Positions 56,666-64,000 of a DNA stretch of 64,000 nt are shown one piece after another. How positions within the stretch are numbered: position 1 is the stretch's first letter; each line of letters begins with the position of its first letter. The notes below the pieces were generated by a model. It did not search any database, was not told where the DNA came from, and saw nothing but the letters and a program-made list of their open reading frames with translations. The translations under genes and the position numbers were made by a program. The stretch covers positions 186,001 through 250,000 of IMG/VR virus record IMGVR_UViG_3300027668_000008; one strand, written 5' to 3'.

Positions 56666-57060
56666 GTCATCATGTAGATTGTTTCAGTCAGACGGAACCA
56701 CTTACGGTTCCGTCAAATGCCTTCATGTGAGTTCGCCACAGCCCGACTATTGGAAGTAAGTATTTTATCGCAACTCTATGGGTTCTAGTCTTTCCCACAC
56801 TTACACTGATCCTACTTTCGTAGTCTATTTCCTCGTTCCGATTGAAATAGTTTTTAAGAGTTATATGCGTTTGTCATACGTTAGCAATCGTACTATACTA
56901 ACCGGTGAGCCCAATTTGTTTGATGGCTTCCACACTCTGGTGTGTTGATCGGTATGTTGCGTGTGTCCCTTTACGGGTACTTTTTCCACAGTGGATAGTT
57001 AAACTGGCCCACTAACCTTATGTGCTAATTGATTTGCCATAATGATTGCTGATTTTGTGC
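56665..57060 (-). ncRNA. Candidate large structured RNA (~400 nt)
   Basis: ORF-free, higher GC than flanks, many stems including CTAC-GAAA-GTAG and a perfect 9-bp hairpin. Confidence 0.55.
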
Positions 57061-57570
57061 CTATGCACACAGAGTCTTAACTCTGTCTGCGTTTCTTTGA
57101 AAGAATTCTTCGAAGCCTGTGATATGCCATGTTTTGTGTTTTGGGGAATTGTATGTGAATTGCCGTGATGTGATGAGTTGATGTGCGCCTGGGGTTGCTA
57201 TAAATTTGCCTTTGTTATTAAACTTCATTATTAAAATATTGAAGTCGCCATCATCTGCCGCGTCCATTAATTGGTCCAGCCAGTCCTCCAGCATACGAAC
57301 CTTGTCGTGTGTGAGCAGTTGATGAAATGGAAAGTCTTTATACGATTTACATTCCGCATTAAATTTTGGAAACGATTGTCCAGGAATAATATCTCCTTTA
57401 AATCCACGTATTTGACCTTCGTGTAATACTTCTTTACGAACAGTATTTTGTCCGCCTACATAAGCGCCTGAGCCCGGAGCTCTAATAAAAGATTCGTTGT
57501 ATAAATCGGATAAGAAACGTGCAACGTCTCTTTCCCAATTACTTCCTTTTGCTTTTTGCTTGTTTGGCAT
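57061..57570 (-). CDS. Holliday junction resolvase-like PD-(D/E)XK nuclease
   Basis: KGSNWER, RAPGSG, GDI and ECK motifs. Confidence 0.75.
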   Translation of the reverse strand: MPNKQKAKGSNWERDVARFLSDLYNESFIRAPGSGAYVGGQNTVRKEVLHEGQIRGFKGDIIPGQSFPKFNAECKSYKDFPFHQLLTHDKVRMLEDWLDQLMDAADDGDFNILIMKFNNKGKFIATPGAHQLITSRQFTYNSPKHKTWHITGFEEFFQRNADRVKTLCA

Positions 57571-57784
57571 TCTTCTTCCTATGTATGTTTAATAGTAACA
57601 CCTTTTGGTGGTACTCGTCAATCTTTTTTTCTGCATAGAAAGGAAATAATGTTGGAACAAAACCGTGTATGATGCTAATGATACCTGTAAGTATCAAATC
57701 CAATCCTGCCACGACGGCAAACTTGGTATGCTCATAATAGGTCTTTCCGGCTTCTTTTAGATGTGCCTTAATTGCCCTTTTCAT
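57539..57784 (-). CDS. Small hydrophobic protein
   Basis: HLKEAGKTYYEH...IIHGFVP.LF pattern (DUF6356-like, from recall). Confidence 0.6.
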   Translation of the reverse strand: MKRAIKAHLKEAGKTYYEHTKFAVVAGLDLILTGIISIIHGFVPTLFPFYAEKKIDEYHQKVLLLNIHRKKNAKQAKSKRK

Positions 57785-59126
57785 AGATTCCCTTTAACTT
57801 ATTGATGTTCGGCTTTCCTAGAACGTTAAGCTCGATGTGTGTAACTAATTTATCCACCGATATACCGTTGTCAGCCAACTTCTGAACTAACTGTTTTACA
57901 TTCACGTCTTTATGTTGCATAACCACTACAACGTGTGTCTGAGATATGCTAAACACACAACAGTATCCTTCTAACCAATTTGGTACAAGTTGTTGTGGAT
58001 TGATTAGTTGGTCGTCAATTCTTATTAAGTCGCTATTGCGTTTTTCAAAATAAAATGTATCTGCGTCAGCACTTACAATATCTTGAGTAACAAATATATC
58101 TATAGATTCATCATTAATGCTTTTGCACATATGACTACTACCTTCGATTGTAAGTATCTCATTTTCGTTAATATCGTAACTGCCTGTGTTGTCGACTATA
58201 CTTCCCATTTCTTTACTATTATACAAGTCTAAGTTGTGCTTGTCAACGACTTTATGTATTAAAGGTGGTAAACATTCAGTAAGTCCATATATTACTGCAA
58301 CTTTTTCTACGCCTTGATTCTTAACCAACCTTCTAATAAACGAATTGTCTATTACACTACCGCCAGTTAAAACCCATTTAACATAATCAAAGTTACGCAA
58401 GTGTATTCCTTGCTTTGCATATGATTGAAAATGCACCGGAAAAATTAACATCATATCCGGTTTGTACTTGTCTAAATCTTCTGCGTTATAAGGATTGTCT
58501 AGTCTAGGTAGTACAATCCGTTTACTTGAAAACAATGCAGGAAAAAAGTAAACACTGCTCACACCTAAGTGAACAATATTATGGAAAAACCAACTTGTGT
58601 TTGCTTCTTTCCAATAAAGTCTTATACTGTCGTCTGTTGCACTCTCTACACTTTTATGAGTGTGTTGTATGCACTTAGGTACTCCAGTACTTCCACTTGT
58701 TAATGCTTCTATTAAAACTTCCGAATGATCGATGATATAAGTTTCAACACCTTCGAACATATCTTCAGTAACACTTATGTCGTCTAAATCTAAGTGAGTA
58801 CAATTATCAGCATGAATAGTACATGGGTGTATACCACGTGTTATCATTGCTTTAATATTTCTACTAGATGTGTATTCATTTGTTATTTCGTGTTCTCCAC
58901 TTATAACAATAATAAGTCCATAATCAATAGCCGCAAAAACACAGGCAAGGTGATGAAAGTCTTCTTGCATTGCAAGTCCAACTCTATCGCCCTTGACTAG
59001 GTTATTGTTCAAGAACAGTTGTTGGTACCCAGAAGCAAATCGAGATAAACTCTCTTTAGTCAACTGGGTACCGTTAATTAGATCAACTATTTCAAAATTA
59101 TTAGATAACTTTGTAATAGATATCAC
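57768..59126 (-). CDS. AMP-binding (ANL family) acyl-CoA-synthetase-like enzyme
   Basis: TSGSTGVPK, LTGG, YGLTE, TQD, R.SDLI and terminal LGKP motifs. Confidence 0.85.
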   Translation of the reverse strand: MISITKLSNNFEIVDLINGTQLTKESLSRFASGYQQLFLNNNLVKGDRVGLAMQEDFHHLACVFAAIDYGLIIVISGEHEITNEYTSSRNIKAMITRGIHPCTIHADNCTHLDLDDISVTEDMFEGVETYIIDHSEVLIEALTSGSTGVPKCIQHTHKSVESATDDSIRLYWKEANTSWFFHNIVHLGVSSVYFFPALFSSKRIVLPRLDNPYNAEDLDKYKPDMMLIFPVHFQSYAKQGIHLRNFDYVKWVLTGGSVIDNSFIRRLVKNQGVEKVAVIYGLTECLPPLIHKVVDKHNLDLYNSKEMGSIVDNTGSYDINENEILTIEGSSHMCKSINDESIDIFVTQDIVSADADTFYFEKRNSDLIRIDDQLINPQQLVPNWLEGYCCVFSISQTHVVVVMQHKDVNVKQLVQKLADNGISVDKLVTHIELNVLGKPNINKLKGIYEKGN

Positions 59127-59129
59127 AAT

Positions 59130-59306
59130 TTACATACCGTTCTTTTTTTCTTGGATCTCGGCACGTCTTGCTTTCGCAAGTTTGCCCATTTCACCTAAAG
59201 ACTTACGAGCTCTTGCCGCCGCGGCTTTTACGCCTTTGGTTTCAAATGCTTCGTTTTCTTTAAGGTACGTTTCGTAGTGTACTACGATGTCATCATGTAT
59301 TGCCAT
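59130..59306 (-). CDS. Histone H1-like (Hc1-type) small basic protein; not in the ORF track
   Basis: 58 aa: MAIHDDIVVHYETYLKENEAFETKGVKAAAARARKSLGEMGKLAKARRAEIQEKKNGM; AGGAG RBS. Confidence 0.75.
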   Translation of the reverse strand: MAIHDDIVVHYETYLKENEAFETKGVKAAAARARKSLGEMGKLAKARRAEIQEKKNGM

Positions 59307-59315
59307 TTTTTTCTC

Positions 59316-61085
59316 CTATACAACGTCAATGTCGTTGTTATAACTTGTAAATCCGTTTTCTTTAATAACGGACAATATATTATTAACACGACCAGCGAGT
59401 TCGTCTCTGTGTGATACTAACCATACAGACTTTTTTCGTTCCCTACTGATTTTTTTAAGAATAGCCAGACTGTTTTCAACACCCGAACTATCCATACCAG
59501 AATCAACTAGTTCATCAATGAACAATAAGTTAATTGGCTGGTATAAGTTTTCCCAAACATCTCTGAACGCCCAACTTAACGAAAGTATAAGTCTGTTACG
59601 TTCACCTCTGCTTAGGTTGTCAAAATCTAAATCTCTACCATGTTCCTCTATTATTACTGTTAAATCGTTTTGGAATACAACACTGTGTGGTAATCCAATA
59701 CGTTCTAAATAATAAGCAAGTCGTTTGTTTAGAAATGCTAGATTCTGATCAATTATACGTTTACGAATAAACGAATCTTTACTAGTTAAAAGTTTCATTA
59801 AAAAGTCTTGATGATCCTTAACCCTAGTTAACTCGTTTACTGTATCGTACTTAACCTCCTCAATGCCATGTTCTTCCATTTCTTGAATTTGTTCTAGATA
59901 TGGATCTTCCTGGACTTTAAGGCTCGTTAATTCGCTTTGTAACTTGTCTAAACTAGACCTGTGGTTGTATGCATCATCTATTTTGTCATAGAATACAGTA
60001 GGTTTTGCACCTAACTCGCCCATACTTGCTAGTTCAGATAGTAGTTCTTTCTCAGTTTTTCCATTAGTTTCTAAGACAGATACTGCTTCAGTTAATAATT
60101 CTTTTTTATCTTTAAGTATGTCTTCATGTGTATTATCGTGTAATTCCTGCCCACAAGCATAACACTTGTGTTCTTCTAAAGACTTTACTTCTTTTTCTAA
60201 TTTTACTTGATTGTTAGCATAACGTGTAGACTCTGTTACAAGTCTATCTAGTTTATCCTGTAAGTCTGTAAACTTTCTTGCTTTTTCTGAATACGTTGTT
60301 ATTAAGTTGTGTGCTTCTATTTCTTTTTCAATATCAACATGACTTAGTGATTCAAATGCAGATTCAATTTGCTCAACGTCCTGCGTCTTCTTGTTAATCC
60401 ACATTGTGCTTCTACGTTTGATAGCATCAATCTGTTCTCTAATCTTGTGGTTTGCATCACCGGTTGCTTTAATTCTGTATTCTTCTTGTGTGATTAAATC
60501 TTTATTAATACGCAACTGTTCTTTTAAGGTGTCAGCCTTATCACTTAATAATGTAATACCTAACAACTGTTCAATAATAACTCGTTGTTCATTGTGCTTT
60601 AAACTTAAGAACGGTTGTGTGTAAGTATTCAGTGCAACAATATGTTTAAACATATCGTGACTCATACCTAACAAACGTTCTACTTCTTTTTGTGTTTCTC
60701 TACTGTCGCCTTGTGCAGTGTCTGATGCTTCTTGTTCAGTACCATCTACATAAAATTTTAATAAGTTAGGCTTCCTGCCACGTTCGATACGATATGATTT
60801 ACCGCCTAATTCGAAGCCAACTGTAACTAGCATACTTTTGCCGTTAGTTTTGTTTACTAAATTATCTTTACGAATGTTAGTAAGTGCATTACCGTATAAT
60901 GCGAAACTTAAAGCATTGATAATAGTAGTCTTACCAGTACCATTTCTGGATCCATGGTCTCCGCCACCTGTGTCCAAGTTCTCACCTAGTACAAGTGTTA
61001 AGTCACTTCTATTAAAGTCAAGTGCTTGAGTACTGTTTCCAACACTCATGAAATTCTTAACAGTTAAGTTGTTTAGTTTAAACAT
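59316..61085 (-). CDS. gp46: Recombination ATPase subunit (Rad50/SbcC-like)
   Basis: NGTGKTT, CYACGQ zinc hook, LSRGE, LFIDE and VSH motifs. Confidence 0.96.
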   Translation of the reverse strand: MFKLNNLTVKNFMSVGNSTQALDFNRSDLTLVLGENLDTGGGDHGSRNGTGKTTIINALSFALYGNALTNIRKDNLVNKTNGKSMLVTVGFELGGKSYRIERGRKPNLLKFYVDGTEQEASDTAQGDSRETQKEVERLLGMSHDMFKHIVALNTYTQPFLSLKHNEQRVIIEQLLGITLLSDKADTLKEQLRINKDLITQEEYRIKATGDANHKIREQIDAIKRRSTMWINKKTQDVEQIESAFESLSHVDIEKEIEAHNLITTYSEKARKFTDLQDKLDRLVTESTRYANNQVKLEKEVKSLEEHKCYACGQELHDNTHEDILKDKKELLTEAVSVLETNGKTEKELLSELASMGELGAKPTVFYDKIDDAYNHRSSLDKLQSELTSLKVQEDPYLEQIQEMEEHGIEEVKYDTVNELTRVKDHQDFLMKLLTSKDSFIRKRIIDQNLAFLNKRLAYYLERIGLPHSVVFQNDLTVIIEEHGRDLDFDNLSRGERNRLILSLSWAFRDVWENLYQPINLLFIDELVDSGMDSSGVENSLAILKKISRERKKSVWLVSHRDELAGRVNNILSVIKENGFTSYNNDIDVV

Positions 61086-61088
61086 TAA

Positions 61089-62102
61089 TTAAAGGTTCCT
61101 GTATATTTCCATTAAAAGATTTGGATCATATAAATCTGATTCAACTGAAGTGAGCTGAGTCATAACAATACTGTCTACACTTTCAAAGTTTATTTCTGCT
61201 TTTTCATCAAATGCTACATCAACTTCTTTTTGTTGTATAAGTGCTATTTCTCTAACATCATATTGTTCGTAAAAAGTTTCTTTAATAAAGTTTGCTTCCT
61301 CGTAACTAATGTTAATATCTAAATTAACTCTTAGATAAGACTTAGGAAGAAGTATTCCTTGTGGGTTATCAAGTAACTGACTTAACTTTAATACTTTATA
61401 CTTGGGTGCATCTTCCCACTTAACATAGTAGTGTGGAACACCCCATTCTAGTATCATTGCTCCACGATCATCATCCCAAGAGTCAGAGTAGTTATGTGGG
61501 AAAGCATTTCCGATGTATGTAATATTACCTACTTCTTGACGCTTGTGGAAGTGACCGGTAAACATTCGTTCAATACCTTGAAAGTCTGAATGTTTAATTT
61601 CTCCATGGTCTGGCATTTGTACCATTGCATTCATATAAAAGTTAGGAAGTTCAAAATGTCCTAACATATACTTTGCATTTAGTTTTTTAAGCGACTTATA
61701 TTCGTCACCTACTAGCCATGGAACTATTGCGACATCACCTTCTGTAGTGATCTCGTCAAAAAGTCGTACATTTGGTATATGTTTTGCCCAAGTGATACTA
61801 TTAAAATCTCGTTTGTCTTTGAAGTACTCGTCGTGGTTACCTGGTATGAAGATTACTTGATCAAATGCTTGACTCAGTAAAGTAATGGCTTCTACACTGT
61901 GATTCAGTGTGGCTACATTAATACTGGCTCGTTGGTGATGCCAATCACCTAAGAACAAACAGGTTTCACAGTTTTTCTCTTTTCCTTGTTCAATTACCCA
62001 CCTCACAAAGTTAACACAATCTTCATTGTGTGTTAGACTGTTGCTTTTGTTTCCGAAGTGAATATCTGTAAAGGCAATGGCTTTCTTAAATAGATTACTC
62101 AT
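61089..62102 (-). CDS. gp47: Recombination nuclease subunit (Mre11/SbcD-like)
   Basis: TDIHFG, LGDW, PGNHD, GHFE and GHFH motifs. Confidence 0.96.
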   Translation of the reverse strand: MSNLFKKAIAFTDIHFGNKSNSLTHNEDCVNFVRWVIEQGKEKNCETCLFLGDWHHQRASINVATLNHSVEAITLLSQAFDQVIFIPGNHDEYFKDKRDFNSITWAKHIPNVRLFDEITTEGDVAIVPWLVGDEYKSLKKLNAKYMLGHFELPNFYMNAMVQMPDHGEIKHSDFQGIERMFTGHFHKRQEVGNITYIGNAFPHNYSDSWDDDRGAMILEWGVPHYYVKWEDAPKYKVLKLSQLLDNPQGILLPKSYLRVNLDINISYEEANFIKETFYEQYDVREIALIQQKEVDVAFDEKAEINFESVDSIVMTQLTSVESDLYDPNLLMEIYRNL

Positions 62103-62134
62103 GCTTTTCCTAGATTTAAGTTACATACATTACT

Positions 62135-62163
62135 ATAATACTGTATTCTGAGAACAATGTCAA
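62135..62163 (-). promoter_or_regulatory. Sigma70-type promoter for the gp47-gp46 operon
   Basis: TTGACA-N17-TATTAT. Confidence 0.8.
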
Positions 62164-63008
62164 CCTTTTTTGGCGGCTTTCACTTTAGTGTTTTCATTAA
62201 ACTTATCAACACGTTTTTGTTCTGCTACTGTGTCATTGGCATTTTGTCTAGTAAAACTAGGTGCTAAGTCATTCATTTCCAATATATCATCTCTAATGTT
62301 TTGGTTACGTTTTTCAATGTTTAGTACTCTTGTAAAACTATTTGTTATTGCCGCAGTATAATATGCAAACGGATTGTCTGATTTACTTTCGTCAAACTGT
62401 AGTCCTATTTGTGCTAACTGTAATAATGCTTGTCCACGCATTTCATCTACATATGTGTAACCACGCCAGTTGTATCTGTGACTGTAACGTTCACATAACA
62501 TCATATACATATGTGCTAACTTGTTTGTTACTTTACCACCTGATAAACTAAAGTTGCCGTTTTCCATTCCGCCTTCCCAATGAGACTTGCCACAAATAAC
62601 TAATTCGCCAGTTGCATTAAATCGCCAATGTTGGAACGGAGGAAAATTACATTTAGTGTGATGATCTGCAACTGTCTTAGGATTCTTTTTACGTTCACTG
62701 TCTGTTGGAACGTGTTCAAAAGTCATAACTCTAAAAATCAGTTCTGTTTTTTCGAATGATTTAGGATCAACATGGAAGTCTGCCATCTTTTTTCCTTTAA
62801 TAGTATTATTCTTATATCCGTTTTTTGCTATCCTATCTGCTCTATTTTGCCGAGCTTGAAGAATTGTTGCTTTTTTAATTTCCTTTTCCGAATGTAAAAT
62901 AATATCGAAAATCTTTGCGTCATCATCTAAGAACGACCCAAAAGTGCTTTTAGATGTATGTATTTCTGCTAATAGGTCTCTATTGTTGAGGTAATTTCGT
63001 ACTGCCAT
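62160..63008 (-). CDS. gp55: Late transcription sigma factor
   Basis: NYLNNRDL, NWRGYTYVDEM and FDESKSDNPFAYYT motifs. Confidence 0.9.
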   Translation of the reverse strand: MAVRNYLNNRDLLAEIHTSKSTFGSFLDDDAKIFDIILHSEKEIKKATILQARQNRADRIAKNGYKNNTIKGKKMADFHVDPKSFEKTELIFRVMTFEHVPTDSERKKNPKTVADHHTKCNFPPFQHWRFNATGELVICGKSHWEGGMENGNFSLSGGKVTNKLAHMYMMLCERYSHRYNWRGYTYVDEMRGQALLQLAQIGLQFDESKSDNPFAYYTAAITNSFTRVLNIEKRNQNIRDDILEMNDLAPSFTRQNANDTVAEQKRVDKFNENTKVKAAKKG

Positions 63009-63037
63009 ATTTTTGACTCCTTAAATTATATACTCAT

Positions 63038-63066
63038 ATTATACACTCGATAAATACTAATATCAA
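63038..63066. promoter_or_regulatory. Sigma70 promoter for gp55 (-) enclosing a late promoter (+)
   Basis: TTGATA-N17-TATAAT on -; GATAAATA on + at 63049-63056. Confidence 0.7.
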
Positions 63067-63085
63067 GAGGAAAGATTAAATAATT

Positions 63086-64000
63086 ATGACAACTTTTAAA
63101 GACGGTATTATTTCGAGGAATGGAGTGAACTTAGGCATTCCAGACCCCACAAACACTGCTTCTGCATCAGGTACTACTCAAACTGCCCAAACCGGCAAGT
63201 TTAGTATTGCGGGTGCAACCAAGGCTTTTTCCGATAACATAGAGCAATTTGGTGCAGACTTTAAGGATATATTAGAAGATCCTAAAGGTGCACTTACAGA
63301 AATGCTTAATGGAGATCCTGTTACTGCTAGGTTAAAAGGTGCTGGTATTGACAAAGGTGCTAATCCTAATGATAAGTTGGCAGAAATTGCGGCTTCAAGT
63401 TCGACAGTTGGCAAGAATAAAGATGATCACAGAGTAAGACTGTCTTTACCACCTGCGGCTAAAATACATTATCAAAAAGCAACAGTTCCTTATTTACTAC
63501 AGCCGCTAGTTAATACTAATGGCGTTATCTTTCCTTATACTCCACAACTTATATTCCAGCATAATGCTGATTATAGTCGTAGCAGTCCTACACATAGTAA
63601 TTATCCTCTTAATTATTACAGTGCAAGTAATGTGAGTGACATCTCCATGTTTGGAGAGTTTGTTAGTGAGAATGGACAAGATGCAAGATATGTACTTGCA
63701 GTTATAACTTTTTTAAGAGCCGTTACTAAAATGTTTAGTAACAGTGACGACCTGGCAGGTAATCCACCACCAATCCTAAGATTAAGTGGACACGGACAAT
63801 ACTTACTACCAAATGTCCCAGTAGTAGTAAACACAGTTTCGATTACTATGCCTAATAATGTTGATTATATTACTATCCCATCAGGTGGATTAAATTCACA
63901 AGGCAGAGCAATGACAACAAGAGTACCTAAAAGTTTAGATATTAACGTTGGCTTAACACCAGTATACAGTAGAGCTCAAATGAGAACATTTGGTGTAGAT
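63086..64000 (+). CDS. Tube-fold baseplate protein (gp48-like), 3' truncated; not in the ORF track
   Basis: Open from ATG 63086 to the window end; GVIFPYTP, THSNY, FLRAVTKMF, GNPPPILRLSGHG and VPVVV motifs. Confidence 0.75.
   Translation, partial: MTTFKDGIISRNGVNLGIPDPTNTASASGTTQTAQTGKFSIAGATKAFSDNIEQFGADFKDILEDPKGALTEMLNGDPVTARLKGAGIDKGANPNDKLAEIAASSSTVGKNKDDHRVRLSLPPAAKIHYQKATVPYLLQPLVNTNGVIFPYTPQLIFQHNADYSRSSPTHSNYPLNYYSASNVSDISMFGEFVSENGQDARYVLAVITFLRAVTKMFSNSDDLAGNPPPILRLSGHGQYLLPNVPVVVNTVSITMPNNVDYITIPSGGLNSQGRAMTTRVPKSLDINVGLTPVYSRAQMRTFGVD

Noticed and set aside
56665-57060. Group I or group II intron
   Set aside because: Does not interrupt a gene; no recognisable domain V or P7 consensus by eye
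1-64000. Stop-codon reassignment or prophage boundary
   Set aside because: Core genes are intact in the standard code and TAA, TAG and TGA all end genes; no integrase or host housekeeping block, and the transporter operon sits between phage genes under a phage late promoter

Overview
This is 64 kb of an AT-rich, T4-like myovirus genome. The auxiliary genes suggest a marine or aquatic phage, but the host cannot be determined from the sequence. Most genes lie on the minus strand. The window holds the morphogenesis core: large and small terminase, portal, prohead protease, scaffold, major capsid, neck gp13/gp14, gp15, sheath, tube, tape measure, baseplate hub and many fibre proteins. Replication and transcription genes are the gp32 SSB 5' end, gp46/gp47, the gp55 late sigma factor, a dNMP kinase and a resolvase. 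Regulatory sites include many NNTAAATA late promoters, several sigma70 promoters and UNCG-loop terminators. The notable items are: (1) a late operon with a structured leader encoding TctC/TctA transporter subunits, an oxygenase, sulfotransferase-like proteins, an APS-kinase-like protein and a nucleotidyltransferase; (2) a fibre-linked cassette with a U32 Fe-S hydroxylase/methyltransferase fusion, a 2OG oxygenase and a permease; (3) a glnA-type glutamine riboswitch behind a late promoter just after the capsid gene; (4) a probable -1 programmed frameshift at the end of the gp26-like gene; (5) two candidate structured ncRNAs of about 225 and 400 nt, the larger beside an origin-like AT-rich tract; (6) a LAG motif shared by the scaffold and several unknown proteins. 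No tRNA, rRNA, CRISPR array or integrase was seen. All calls come from reading motifs and context by eye; no database searches were run.
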